From NCBI GenBank assembly GCA_000934665.2, contig KZ538339.1, positions 1-64,000 of the forward strand: DNA of 64,000 nucleotides. The letters are read 5' to 3'. The position numbers were made by a program, and so were the translations under genes. Numbering within the stretch: the stretch's first letter is position 1; every line of letters starts with the position of its first letter. Of the stretch, positions 12,243 through 26,700 are shown one piece after another. This stretch comes from Catajapyx aquilonaris. Lineage: Eukaryota. The notes beneath the pieces are model-generated. The model saw nothing but the letters and a program-made list of their open reading frames with translations, ran no database searches and was not told where the DNA came from.

Positions 12243-13803
12243 ATAATAATGATGGCCATTTTACTAAATTTACTGTGCAAAATTAAATCAAATTCTTGCT
12301 ATGTTGAACCCTGTTGAACTGTGTGAGTTTGGTCATTGCACCACCAACTTATAAAAGTTCATCAGTATAGCCCCGTGTGCCAAGACAGCCATCTCACTTA
12401 GGTTTTAATTCCTGGTATCAGAACCAAAACACGGCCATCCACTATTCTGTCTCGACTGACTCGAGTCTATTCTTCTCGTCTTGCTTTCGGTGCCAACAGG
12501 CCAATTCATCCAAGAAACCTACTTAAGATTTCGAGGCATTTCCAAACACACACAAAAAAAAGTTGTCTTCAAAGAAAACAAGCCCAAAAAATGAGTAAGG
12601 TTTGCTGCCTGCCCGGATTTTTCACGGAGAAACAATCCAAAGACTTGAGCGAAACCCTTTTAGCTGCACTACTGGCGCAAAAGTTGAGGCTTCTTCCTCC
12701 ATGTTGACATGACGTATGGCCAGCGGCCCATCCGTATATATTCCTACCGAAAATTGCTTCAACTACGGTTACACCCTGCTCAAATTGGAAGCCGACCCTT
12801 CCGGAGAAGTTGTAAAGGAAGAAAAGAGAAGAGGAGGAAGCTAGAGAGGGGGGGATATTAGGAAGAAAAGGAGAAGAAGAAAAAAAAAACTGGGAAGATT
12901 TTTTGATAAGCTATCGTTCCCATGGTACAAAAAGAACTGGCTGGAATATTCTTTTTCTTAGATGGAGGGGGGGGGGGAGGCCTCCGTTTTTTTTATGAGT
13001 GAGGTAAAATTTATGGTGGCCAGGGTCCATTAATCTACGCACGAGGCCTAACTCTTGGGGTGTAACTGAACAGACTTGCACGCAACTTGACTTTTAACTG
13101 CCACGTGTGATAACATCAGGTTTCACGGCTATAAATTGACGACACGTTATATATTCCGGGTGTCTTTAGCATCACCGGACGGGGAATATTTAACATATCG
13201 TTTGTCATGTTGCTTTGGAGCTACTGCTCAGGTCAGGTTGTGGTTATGTAATGAGAAGTTGGAGAGAAGAGAGGAAAATTGTATTCGTAAAGTATATATA
13301 TGAAATACAAGTATTTCGTCATTTTTAGCAACTTGGGCAATTAATTTAAACTAATAATAATATTAATTAGCATTTTATCCTCACTAAAAACAGCTCTACC
13401 GGTAAGCAGTGTTCCTGTTCGGTTTTGTAGTGTACACAGATAATTGCTGTACAGTGTGTATATTGTACAGGAGACAACTGAATTATGTGTACGCTACATT
13501 AATTGAATATTGTAAACAACATGAGCGAATAATATATCACAGTGACTGCGTGCATGACCGTACATAAGTGATTAATCAAGAATGTCAATTTTGTCAATAT
13601 TGCAAAACATATTTATCCAGAACATTGCGTTAGTTGTTTTTAGGTACTGTAATTATATTTTATAGTGTTTTAGCTAGCTATGTGTAATCATACTTACATT
13701 ATTCATAACCAGCACTTATTCCCCGGGAAATTTTTTAAATATTCTGTATTAATACAGAAAGTCAAAACATTTGAAGCACACTTTTACTACTTAAAATTCT
13801 TCC

Positions 13804-13950
13804 ACTTCAAGCCATAAATTTTGCTTCAGTAGTGCAGACTCTCCATGATATTAACCTTATTTTACAAGTAAGGTCTCCTCAAAAATTTTAATTAGGCTTC
13901 AGCAGACCCTTAAAACTTGGATAAACTATCCCCACATTCTCTGTAACTCC
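13804..13950 (-). mobile_element. Probable Ty1/copia RT-RNase H relic
   Basis: One frame reads GVTENVGIVYPSFKGLLKPN*NF*GDLTCKIRLISWRVCTTEAKFMA*S. Four copia blocks appear in the correct order (GTxxxGLxY, DW/FAGDLxDRK, ISWxS, STTEAEYxALS), but the match requires two internal deletions. Confidence 0.45.
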
Positions 13951-16900
13951 TACTTGTCTCTCTCTCTCTCATCTCCAGCACAAGGGGTACAGGCCTTTTA
14001 AAGCACTGGGCCAAGGAACTTGAAAGGGTACAACCTTAATTAAGACGGATCCTCTTTTGCAGGACCTTTTGAAGAAAGAGGAATGAAATCTTCAGTAATT
14101 TAGACTCTACAGTTAACGAACTCTAGGTCTTAAAATGAGTGCTAGTTTTTTTTTGGAGGGCTGCAAAATAGCATGGTTTGAATGTGTTACCAAATTTGAA
14201 CCATCAGATTTAGGTGCTCTCGATGCTCTTTGAATGATGCAATGGAGCCAAGTCCCAGCTGATTGAATTTCCGACGGTGTCCCTCACAGCCAAATAGAGA
14301 GGGACCGATGTATAGTTTGAGCGTGATGAATGCACATGGATGCGAATCGGTGGCCGTTTGACGGACAGAAGCTCTGATGTGAATGACTCCGAATTGCAAG
14401 AGCTGGACCCGCCATTTGCTTGCGTAATGGACCCATGCTAAGTGCCTTAATAACTCAATTTTTTTTCCAGAGGGAATAACGTCCCAGAGAAAAAAAAATG
14501 GCGACAACAAAATGTTCGGGATGTTACACACACACCCTCTAGGCCTATGATGTTTGCGTATAAAAGCAAATGGACATATGTCACTCTCCGGATGGTTGAA
14601 TGTGATACCGATAATTATATAGCCGTGATCAAAGTGCATCGCGTAATTAGTGCCTAGAGCTGTACAGCGGGATCAAATTCTTTGCCAAGTGTGCTGAATT
14701 CTGATCGTCGGCTGTCAACACAATCGGTCAATATTGGAATAGTTGGAGAATCCGGGTTTTTTTTTCGGGGGAGCGTCCGGAAACCTTCAGTGTAACACAA
14801 TATAAAAGTCGGTGAGGTAGTTTGAAACCGGATAATGCAACCCAAAAAAAGAGACTTTGAATTGAACCGACCTTGCGTCCCGGATGCAAAAATATTATAA
14901 TAGATTTGGTCCCGAGCATAGCGCAACGCTGTATAAACCCGGATGGCGGGGGCCCGAATTATTCCCGGAAAAACTATAGCAACCGCGCATTTCATGCAAC
15001 ACATTACATCCAGTCCTCTGCATATGTGAGCATAAAATGTTTCGTGTTTCTACACTCGAGTGAATCGACTGATAATGTCGGGGCGAGTGTTGTTCACAAA
15101 TTGTACGAGCGCGCCAAATATCCGGGATTTTTACGCCCATAAAAATGCAGTCGAAAAATGTCTGCAAGACTGGGAAATTGTAGATACCCGGATGGCAATT
15201 CCCCAATCCCAGCAGAGCAGTTCCAGCCAATTTGGATGCACAGTATAGTATATACTGTATTTTCTTTTTCATTCCTTGCTGCTGCTGTGCACATTAATTT
15301 TACGGATCAGACGTTGAAGGGTAGGGCTGTAGGGGGAAATGCTTTTGTAGCAGTTTCCTTCCCCAAGAAGAATTACAGGGACTATATTTATATATTATAA
15401 AGACAATGTCTTCTTTTAGGGGCAGGCAGGCTGGTGTGGGTAATATTCTAGTGATAATATATGGGACTGGGAGACAGGGAGGTAAAAAGAGACCTTTTTT
15501 TCTTACCTTCCTGTGAAGGGCCCCCGGATTCTCAATTAACCTGCATGTTGAACATGCGGCTGGGTTTGTTCTTTTTAGAATGCATATGGTTGAGTCATAT
15601 TTTTTTTTTTTAAAGTTATTAAGGTGACACGTGCTTCTCATGCAACCACACAATTATTATGGATTGGCATTTACAGTATATACGCTGCGCATATTCAGGT
15701 AAATGGCGACCTTGTCTAAATTTTATAAAGCTGCTGTATTCATCAGTTTTGATAATAATAGCCGGCATATAAGCTCTGGCTCCAAAATATTAACAATTAA
15801 AATGTGATAGTAAACTAGTTTCGACGGCTATTCAATATCCGGAATAATGGACTATTATACTTGATCATGTTGTTGCCCTGCACATTATAAACAAACAGGT
15901 TATATACAATGGTCTACCATTATAAAATTATTTTGGCGTTCCTGTCCCAGCGAATCATTAAATAAATACATTCTGATCGCCAAGTGTTTTACCGCCAGCC
16001 AGCTTTGCATAAATTATGCAACTCGCCTGATTGTGTTATACCCGCGCAATCTAATGAAAGAATGCATTGTACTGGTAAAACACGATCTAAAAAAATTAAT
16101 TTTGTAATGTAGCAATGGACAGATTGTTTCTGCTGATTCAATATTGAGGTTTTTTTTGGCTACGTGTCCTGCTCGTTTTAAAATGACCGTAAGTTGTCAA
16201 ACCGACATCAAACACCGCAAATAATAACAATTTGGTGTGACGCCCAGCCTTGCATTAGGATCCCGAAATAACTGTGTCCCCGAGCCTTGATGACACACGC
16301 CAGATTCCGTGACCGTATCCGTATTTTGGACGGGTTTTCCGCGCGTGTCACGTTCGAAGGGGGGACAGAATTTTCACGACCGGAGAGAGACGGAAACCAT
16401 TTCCCCCCATCTGCATTATCATATCCAGCAGTGGTTCCTCCCACATCAGCCCAGCACATTTTTACGCATTAACAAGAGTATAGCTCGATGTAACAGTCGC
16501 TTTTAATGAGATTACCCCTCCAGCGCTTCGTTTCCAGAAATTGAAAAGTAAGTCTGGGAGATTACTGGTCGACAGGGCGTTGTCACACACACTCACATAT
16601 ACACATTTCCCCCTATCACGTGTCTATCAATAATTTTTGTCCATCTGATGGGTGAGCCAGATCTGAAACAAAGCCCTTGCATTTTTTCCCAGATTACTTT
16701 TTTTTTTGTCCAAATTGTGCAAAACTCATCGGGTGCTGCGTTTAAAAAAAAAGTGTATTCAATTCTGGAGCAAATCCCACCCCCACTTTTGGCGATTGCA
16801 AATCCCGCCTCGTTAAATCGGATAACCTTTTGACAGCATTAATTAGTTATAGATTTATGCGTGCACAGCACCTGTGGATGCTTAATTTTTAATGCATCCT

Positions 16901-19885
16901 GTCGCAAATTTTAATAAACGTTTTTTTTGCGCCCCAGAGTTTGCTGACTCTTTGCGCCTTTCCATCCCTGCAAAAATGATGGATTTGCTGGAAATCCCCC
17001 AGCTTTTGTCGGATCACGGACCACCAATGATACTAATGATATTTATTTCTGTAATTGGAACCAACCTTCTCTAGCGCCATATATTTTTTGATCCGCAGAG
17101 CACAAAACAGGACGCAATGAATATCGGATGAAACAAAAAAAAAACGACAGGTCTGCAGAGCTGGAACACGCCTGGTATTGTTTTCACCATGACAAACGCC
17201 CGTTTAATTTCGTATTTTATGCACGGTAATGACGGCATGTTTCGAGACTTTCGAGGATAAAGCTAGGGGGGAAAACTGATAGTCGTATAGGTTTGCTAAT
17301 AAGCTATAGTCAGTATGCGACGTTGCTGGTAAACCCTGAACAAATAATTACTCATATTATATTAATAACCACATGTTATGAGCATATCGGCTTCAAAATA
17401 TGTTGCGTAACCCTCGCGAAATCCTGGCCCTTCTCTCGTCTATATATTTCTCCGTGAAATCTACTTCCCCTGCAAAGTAGCCAGAAGGTTGACAAATGGA
17501 TATAGTTGGCTGCAGCCTAGTTATGGGCGACAAGCAAATGCAATTTGCACTGCGAAATGGCGTAGTTATCAGGGTGGGTTCTAGGGGGGGGCCAACTGCT
17601 GCAAGCTCGCCTCGACCCCCATGGAAAGCCACGACAGCTCCCCAAGAAAAAGTGCCCGGGCTATAGAAACTACCGGGTGTCCTGTAAATTTAGGCGATGG
17701 AAGTGTTTGATTAATGTTAATTATTTCATAAAATGTTTGCAAGCTCTTTTTTGGGGGGGCTTGTGCAAAATCCTTCCTGTTGCAACCGGGGTCCACCTGC
17801 GGTGTTCAATAGCCAATAGCAGAAGGGGTGAAACGACTCGGAATGTGTCTTTTATGGTAATGAAGTAGTCCATCCGATGCGGGTATTCCCCTCCCCCTCC
17901 CTTGCGCTCTAGAAACCCTGGTTGTAGAGGGATCTAGGCAGATCGTACAAGCTTCTGGGGCTTTTCATGGTGCAGGCTCAGAAAATGAGTGATGCGGCCA
18001 TTGAATCACTTTCCGTGTTCGTTAGGTACTAAGAATTGATTGGATGGGGCTTTGGGAGTGAACGGCTTTTCGGACGCGTTTTCGAGGTTCCCCTTTTTTC
18101 CTTCAGGGGGGCTGGAGGATACATGTATAGGAAACCCCTTGCGATAACTGCGGCGTAATCTGTTAGGATCGGAAAGGCCGGATGATCGGAGAGGCTCGAT
18201 CAAGGCAAAGGAGATGAGACGATTGTGCTTAAAGGCCCCATCCAGCATCCTGGTGTGAAATCTTGATCGGTCGTGACCAGCATGAAGTTATGCAAAAAGA
18301 GAGCCAGACATCCTTGTCAACAATGAACAACCATTGACAGAACACATCACTAAATATTGTTTGTCCGGAATATCTAACACATATATACATCTGAATGGAG
18401 ACAGTGGACCAGCAGTGCACAGTTTTAATAACGCGGAAGCAATGCTGTGTAATGTGAAATGATGCGTACTCTTTTTTAAAAAATGGGCATTATTATTTTT
18501 GCACGCCCCCTTTTTTGCTGACAGCTGACGCTTTTTTTTGTTGATAAAATATTGGGAATTAAAATCCGAGTGTGTCATCGCTTCTGACTGATGTATGTTC
18601 AACATGCATGGGCATGCGATATGATCGGGGTTTTTTGCAATGTCATCTTTTCATTTGGCGAAACAAGCCTCTTTGTGATTCCCACATATTCTGTCCATAA
18701 TGAAGCCCACAGAAGTAAAAAGAGACATCAGGGCCACAATTATGAATATAAACGTATCGCTTAATCTCATATTTAGAAACCAGTCGTTTATCTCCACACA
18801 TTAAAAAAGGAGGCTGAAACACGCTAAATAAACGGGCCAGATAGCCAAGGCGCTTAAAAGCTTCCTGATTAAAGCCTACACGTATTAAATTATAGCTGCA
18901 GTAACCGGAATTATCGTGGATAGCATCTTTATGGGATGGGGCAGTTAGTTATTGGTGCCTCACTTTGCATATATTTTTTTGTCGGTTTTAATCCGAGGAA
19001 AGGAAGCAGGTGGAAGCGCATGGGGACATTAATCTCGAACGAGTAAGTACGCCAACGTCCATGCAGACGTGCACTGAACAAAAAAAAAAAACCGGTTCTG
19101 AAAGGATACTTTTCAGAATTGATTTTATTATGAGACTATAATTTAAAGGTTGTTCCTAATAATATTAGATGGCAAAATGAACCTGTTCTATGACTTGTGA
19201 CAGAGTATTCGATTGTGAAAAAAACTGATTTTGCGGGGCATGATTTGTAAATCAGTTTTTTTTTTGTCGAAGTCTGGCCGATATTTGGGCGGAGCATGTC
19301 ACTGTTGGCACTGTTTAGTCAGCTACACCTGGGGGACAGTTATTACAGTAGCTTCGCAACGTGTAGTCCACCAGCTCATCAAATTAATAGTATGACTGTC
19401 CCCTCGTGTGACAGTCGCAATTAAATGTGATGCATATGCCTCGTGTGCGGGTTGGCATCTGGATTGCACGCTGTCCGAACAGACTGAACGGGCGCGAAGT
19501 GTGTGCATACAACCTTTTATATACCCATCCCATATCCCATGCCTCTCCCAACTTACTTTCTTTGAAACTTATAAAAAATATAACCAACAGTATACCCTCC
19601 ATGAAACTCTACGTTTTTGTCAAATTTTAATTTTTTAGGAATGTTGAGGTGCAACTTACTGTTAGTATGACAATCGCTGCTGGATAGAATGTGACGGGTG
19701 AAAGTACGCTGAGATTAATTATACATTTGGTTTGGCAAACAAACTGGGCCTGTCTAATAAAATGACAGTGATTGCCGCTAATGAATAATCATCGGAAAAG
19801 TTTGGTAAGACAGTTGAATAATACATTGAACATGTACGATGGCCAGGTGCATGTTTAATAATTATATCATAACCTTTCATGTACG

Positions 19886-19990
19886 TATAAGATCAGGAAG
19901 GTAGATCAGTTCGAATAGGATGCACATTTGTGTGATTGATAAAAATATTCACTATTTAGAGATTGGAATGGCCTCAATCACTCTATCTTC
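19886..19990 (+). mobile_element. CR1/L2-group LINE ORF2 C-terminal relic
   Basis: One frame reads YKIRK...KYSLFRDWNGLNHSIF with stops, cf. the KIR...KYSFxxRTIRDWNxL C-terminus. Confidence 0.4.
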
Positions 19991-19995
19991 CGTAG

Positions 19996-20049
19996 GTGGA
20001 AATTGAATGATATCTGCAGTATGTGGAAATTGAACGATATCTACAGTAT
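19996..20049. repeat. 27-bp tandem duplication (2 copies)
   Basis: GTGGAAATTGAATGATATCTGCAGTAT / GTGGAAATTGAACGATATCTACAGTAT, 2 mismatches. Confidence 0.9.
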
Positions 20050-20230
20050 ACTGATATTGTCTCGGAAGTTATGCAATTATGTTCGACCAAATGTCTAGAT
20101 AAAAATATAAACTACAATATTATCATACATGTGTACATTTGCATATTTTATCATTAGACAGACGTTCCCAGCCATTTATATCATGTGACAGGATACTGTA
20201 TCAAGGTCGAGAGACATCGAAGGAAGGAAG

Positions 20231-20332
20231 TTTGAATATTACGTAAATATAATCGGCAGACTTTAAATTTGGCTTTTGAATCACCCATACAAGAATCTTA
20301 TAATGTATCAAGTGCACTAGTGGTTTGCATAG
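20231..20332 (-). mobile_element. Possible LINE RT N-terminal relic
   Basis: LCKPLVHLI...LKSA...IFK, cf. LxKPLxHIFNxSLxxGxFPxxLKxAxVxPIFK. Confidence 0.3.
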
Positions 20333-20597
20333 TTTCTTATATTGTGATGTGTGTACTGTAATATGACGTATGCAGCAAATACATTTTCTTTCATATACCG
20401 TATATTTACAAGTCTTGCTATATTCTCTTTTCATTCAACCTCGTTATACTGTACACGCATACCTGTACTGGACAGTACATGTGAATGGCATAGTACGACG
20501 AAATAATGTCATCGTATACTGTAGACTACATAGAACACTCTGTAAAGTAGGCCTATAATATGTCATTCTAGAATCATTGTCAACCAATAAAAAAAGT

Positions 20598-20794
20598 GAT
20601 ATGATCAATGAAGTACTCAACATGCCTGTTACATGTTACCTGACACTTAATTACTTGGAGAAGCCCTTCGAACAATATTCTTCATTTAGAAATACGAGCT
20701 CATACATTTAACCTTTTAAAAATAATTAATCCACATAGCGTGAGGCCATCTCATCAAGAAGTGGCAATAATGTCCATTATACTCGTACATAAAC
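20598..20794 (+). mobile_element. Degenerate LINE RT core fragment
   Basis: DMINEVLNMPVTCYLTLNYLEKPFE (YLEKPFE is three single substitutions from DLEKAFD), then EIRAHTFNLLK (cf. GIRGxxxNLLK), then HQEVAIMS/PLYSYIN (cf. PQGxILSPxLFxxYIN). Correct RT order, with frameshifts. Confidence 0.55.
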
Positions 20795-23700
20795 AGGCCT
20801 ACTTCAATATTAATTTTCCCCATCACAAATTAGATACTGAGCCTTTCAATATAATCCGTCACTGCCGTAATGTACAGTACAGACTAGCCCGGCAATACCG
20901 ACTGTATGCCTACACTTCACTGTTCAATGTTATAATACGTACAGTATATTCCCCGGGAAAATGAAGCTACACTGTATATAGAATATATTCAGACTGTAAT
21001 GGGATGACTGCCCTTTGAGAGGTAAGTTTTCTGCGGTAAATATTCCGTCCAAGAATTCCCAGAAATCTCAACGTTCTATGCAATAATTCAACAAATTTGC
21101 ATGTTAAGACCCGTTATGTACTATAGGAGATGTATATTTTATTTCAAAAACTTTCCACTGTGCGCATGCTGTGTTACACAGTATGCTCCAACAATAAAGA
21201 AAAACTGGTTACATAAATTCTGCTTACAGCGCTCTTTTCCTGCAGCCAGAAATTATTTGGTTACTTTTGAGATAGGCTTCACATTTGAAAGAAATTACAC
21301 GTCCCAAAAAATGCAACTATTCCAACGTATGGCTTTTGAATCTAACTTATTCTAACCATTTTCTTTCTCATATTAATTATGAACGCACATTACTCAGCAT
21401 TTTCGGGCACATCCTGCTGTAATACGAGAGCATTTTGGGCTCTAACACTCATTTCCAGTCCAAGTCCTTTTGCCTGCTGGCCCTGCTGAAAGAAAACCAG
21501 ACTAATGGTCATCCAGAGCGAGAGCGCATGATGGTGTTGGGGAGGGCGTTGTAATGAAGCAGCGCGGTGTGAATTAAAACCGCCATGAAAACGCCGAGGG
21601 TCTGCCTGGAGAAGTAATAGGAAACAACTTGTTGTCCCAAACATTACGACCGACTTCACCACGAATGACGTAAATGCGCAATCCGTCCGAGGGGCAAGCA
21701 CGACCGCAGATAAATGCACTATTCTCCGACAATGACGTAGTGTCTAAGCTTCCTAATGAGCCAAGGTGTGGAGGCATTAAAGGTGGGGGGAGAGAGAGGG
21801 GGCTAGAAACGGGCCTCGTTTCCGTTTTGCTCTCTAATATGGCCCCCAAATTACATCATGCATGGGAAAGAGAGGCCCTTACGACCCGAGTTACAGCCAT
21901 TATATGTATAGAGCCGCGTTAGGATAGGAGGAAGTGGTCATATTTGCTCCGGATCATAATACGAGCTCTGCTGTGTTATGAGAGTACAAGGTCAGGAAAC
22001 TCGAGATAATATTCGGGGGCCATCACTGCATTTTTGGGAAGACTATTAGTGGAAAATAATAGCTGCTTGATTCAGGACTTTAACATGTAAACGAATGACT
22101 GGCGCACCTTTAATTAATAAGAAGAAAGGTATATATAGGCAAGAAAAAGAGCTGCAGGAGCAACATTTTATTGCGTATGAAGAGCTGGAGCTGTGCAAAT
22201 TTTTAAAGTCCGGAGCTGACAGAGAGATCCGAGGGAAAATTCAATCCACTTGTTCAAACGAATGAGCTGCCGGGAGCGATTGAGAAAACCTCCGGGTTTC
22301 CATATTTGCCCTTTTCCCCGACCCGTTCCTGCCATAGATAGCCTTACACAAATACTTGCCACAGAAAAAAAAACTCCCAACCGAAAGATAGCTCATCACA
22401 TATTACTCCAATCATGTTTTTATTTCAGGTACGATGCCGGTGGCTATCCGAAGCTAATTAATCTTGATGGACATCATGACGGTACAGGTTATGCACTAGC
22501 CTACTACTGGCTTATGGCTGAATTGTGCTCCAGAATAAGTCATATATGCTTAAAACAGACTTCAAAATGTACGAAGATTTAATTTCTCAGTCTTCAATAT
22601 TTCAATATTCATCCATATTTTTCAACCGATCTGGAGACTGGAAAAAATATGATTAGGGTTCTGAGATCCGCAATGACTCATCACCAACGTGCATGTAGTA
22701 CTACTTTTTCCCTGAGAGTGGCATGAGTGTGCAGATGGACAGCTTATTCGCCAACTGGCAGTGGCCTATCGTACTACGTCTAAGTTGGGGGGTGGGCCAA
22801 GCAGTGTTGCCTAAATTTGGCAACGGCTCCGTTACTATAGTATCTGTATAAACACATGTTTTCAATATGACTATGTATACAGTATAGGTGATGGTATGTG
22901 TGTTAGGCGACCTTCACTTCTAAACCCTGAGGGTTAGGTGTCCCAATCCGTACACAAAAAGGCGCGAAGAGGAGAACCTCGGGCGCTTTTGGCAGCGGTG
23001 GTCTCGTGAGTCCTCTTCTTTTTTTTTGGGGGGGGGGGNTGATGGGGGACATGGGGTGATGGGTGTGAAGAGGGGGGTCGAAATTTCGGCGCGCGCCGTT
23101 CGGGTTGGATCGGAGTGAGTGTGCTGGGCTCCGGGTAGAGCGTTGCAGGCGGCGGGGCTCAGTTGTGCGCCGCCATCGACCGCTGGCTGGCTGGCATTTT
23201 GCTTGGGTTATGCCTCCATAGCTTGGCCGGTTTTTTTGCTACATAACATTACAGGTCTTTATTTGAGAGGGGGGTTCTCAACATTGTTGGCCTCCCCCAT
23301 TAGACTTACCGTACTCTCAGTTTTTGTCCGCGAGTGTGTTTGTGGTGTGGACCCGCCCCAGAGTGTTGCAGGTGACTTTTTATATACGGGAGATTTCTGG
23401 CTGCGGTGGTGGTGGTGGTCACACCCTCTGGAAATCAAGGTAAGCGGTGCGATGCGACGGAACCCGGAGCATCAGCATGTTTTTGGATATGGCGACACAC
23501 TCGGGTTGAAGTTTAGGAACACTGCCAAGTGCGATGCGGATCACTCACGTGCAACTTTGCTGGAGTAAACACTGTAATACTGTATTTCATCTCGGGCTGC
23601 ATTTACATATTCGTAGTTTACGACGTTGTGTATTATGTAATCATAATTAACATACACACTGTGCGTGAACTTGAGAAAAAATAACCCGGGCGTTGAACGT

Positions 23701-26700
23701 ACAGGCACATGGGATTCGAGCCAAACATGTAACGTGTTCCTCATACGAAATAGGGTTAACGGATATTATCCTTCGATCTTTTGTATTTCTGTGTCTTTTT
23801 TTCCATTTTTTTTTGAGGGGGGGGGGGGAGAGAAGCAACTTTTTTCATCTGACAAGCGCCGATCGTTAGGTACGAAACGGCCGTTGTATGGTGCTCGGAA
23901 TATTTTGTAGAGTCAACTCCTATTTCGTGGAAACGAGGGCTGCAGGCGAAAAGTTCTAGGGCCCAATATGAAATACAGCCCCCGGATTTTCTCTCCTGAA
24001 GTTTATCTGTCCCAGGCAGCAGTCACCAGATTTCAGTGTATCAGTTTGTGCTAACCTGGTTGTAACCCGATATAAATTTAAATAATTTATTGAAGCCTAT
24101 TAACAACTTCCTAATCGTGTTCGCGCGCTCTCCCGGAATCAATGTTGCAAAACTTGCATGGAAATGATTTTCACCTTTGAGATTTACCGGACTGATCTAT
24201 CTCTTTAAATCCGCTCAAAGTGCTACTCCCACGAGAGGCGGATCGTAATTGGTTCGAATCAATCCCACCATTACAGATGATATTTGTAGGATCTAAAAAA
24301 ATTGGTACACACGACAGCAATTTTGTGTAACTATTCCTGGAATTTCGTGTACGTTCCGGGTTTAAAACTACCTCCGGTTTTATATAGTGCACTGTAAACA
24401 CAAGGAGATACTGGGGAAAGGGGTAGAGACCTCTCTGGAAATCGATTAATACGAAAGTCAATATGTTCGGAGCTAGAATATATAAAAAATGTGGCACAAA
24501 CTTTCGGGCACAAGTCTGCAGATCTAGGGAGCCATAATTACTGGCTGGGATAACGGATGGGACGGTTGTGTGCCACGGAGGAATTCGCAAAGAGAATATC
24601 ATCCCGGGGTTTTGGGAAAGGGAGATGGGGAAAAGCAGAAGCACAATGATTTATTAAGGGAAAGGATTGTGTGCCCCTCCCACCCTTTGTGTACCGGAGT
24701 ATACATCTGTGCTGAATCGGGCAGGACTTAAAAGGAAGCCGGTTTCTGAAATGCAAACCGGCTTTTTCGTAAGGGAATTACAGGCTGAACTGCTGCATTC
24801 CTAAAGCAGCATGCTCCAAATGGCGAAGGAATTGCGGCAAGTACTATTGGCCTAGTATTATCAAAATGTTTCTTTAGTAATTTTCTCAGCTTTAATACCA
24901 GCTGATTATTAGGCAACCCAGCAACCCCCCAAAAAAACATAAACATATTTGCAGTCGGGCATCGAAATTCCCTAGCTAGCAAGCTTTTTTTCCACCCCCA
25001 CATGATATCCATGTCCCCAGAGTAGCAGCAGATTCCACCAAACGTGCGGTCGGATTTACGTAATGCCAGCCTTTGATTCGGTTGATTCTATCCTCTTGGC
25101 CGTTTCATCGCGGAAAAGAGAGTCGCGGAAACTGTTTACTTTGATTGAATGAAACCTTCCACCAGCCTGAGGCCAGACGCCGGAGATAGATGAAGAGACG
25201 AGGTAAAGAAACGACGGACACCGATACGACATGATTCTAAATTGAACATGTACTGAAAACCAGATTTTTTTTGGCCCTAACATAACCTAACAGGTACGAT
25301 TTGTTCTCAATTTTTCTGGACCAGAAAATTTATATATATTTTTTGCAAAATTATTTTGTTTTGTTTGAAACTATAGTTAGAAAATATTGTTTCCAGCAAA
25401 GGCTTTTCATATTGAACCGGGCAGGGGCAGCCTCTTAATGAGTAGCTTGCATCCTACAGCAAACTTTGGTGCGGATTACCAGAAGTGCACACGCCTGCGA
25501 AAACAGAATCATAATACCTTCTCCCTAATTTTGCAAATAAATCTTGGAGAGCGATGTTGGAGCCCCTCACTTTTTTTTCGTGTAGTTTTTGGGCTTCCTC
25601 TCTCCGGAGAGTGATTATCGAGTGGAAAGAATTCGGGCCGGAATTTTTAGTAATTAAAAAGTGAGGGAAGCCGTCTGGTTTCTGCACAGATGTGAGCAAG
25701 TTGGATGGTTTGAAAAAAAAAAAACTGAAATTTCATCTAATTTTTCTGTTTGGACTAGGATTTCCGGAGAGACACGACCCGAGGAGGGGGAAAATGGCAA
25801 TATTATTGCTGGAACCGGCTGCAGTTTTTATTTTTTTGGGGGGTAGCTGTGTTGGGTCCTGGGCCAGTCTTTTCTTTGGCTTAGTGTTAGAGCAATGTGC
25901 GTGTGTGATCCTAACCAGTGCATTAGCAGGCTCGGTAAATATTTGGCTTAATAATCTACCCGCCCCGTCGTTTTGGGTCTGGGCTCCTAAGCGCTGTTGG
26001 GCTATATCAAATCTGAAAGCAAAATTGAGTTGTGGTATTTTAATGAGCCGATGACTAACACCGCTCTCCCCCGGATTATTACGACGGGGAGGGAAAATGT
26101 CCACCGGATGGAAATCACGCCCCCGTGGTCCACCATCCAGCATCCAGCTAAAAAAAAATTTGCTTCCAAAATTTTTCACTTGTGCTCACTAAAAGTCTGC
26201 AAATACGGGGGGATAAACATAATCCGGAGGGTGGAAGAGCTTGTTGCTTTCCTCCTCGAAACATCCCTCCCCGGATAATGAGTCCGGAGCACTTTCTGAG
26301 GAGATCGCAGTAACTCGCTGGGCTTGTCCACTCGTCACATTTGCCTGGGAGCCCCCCCTTTCCGGTAATCGCCCGGAGAGTAAGTCCGGAGGGGGCTTTA
26401 AGGCGGGCCTTTCTGTCACATCAGTTTTAAGGGGGGCTGCTGTGTGGCAGTTTGTAGTTGACGGAAACAAAGCAGATGTTCCTTGTTGGACGTTTATAGT
26501 CATGTCGTACAGCCTGTCGTAAGGAGACAGCCCTCCATTATGTACCCAGGGGAGAGAAAAAAAAAGAAATGGCGACATTTTGGGATGTAATCAAAGGTCA
26601 ACTCGTACATGACTATATAGTACAGTACGCAAGAGTAATTTGAGCGTCCCTGCTGTGTGTGTATCAAGCTTAATACTGTAAGCAACCGGAGCTTACCCGC

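Noticed and set aside
21395..21486. Minus-strand exon candidate after a TTTTCTTTCAG acceptor (also + strand candidates at 6193-6372 and from 22429)
   Set aside because: Only one strong splice site each, and the peptides are unrecognisable.
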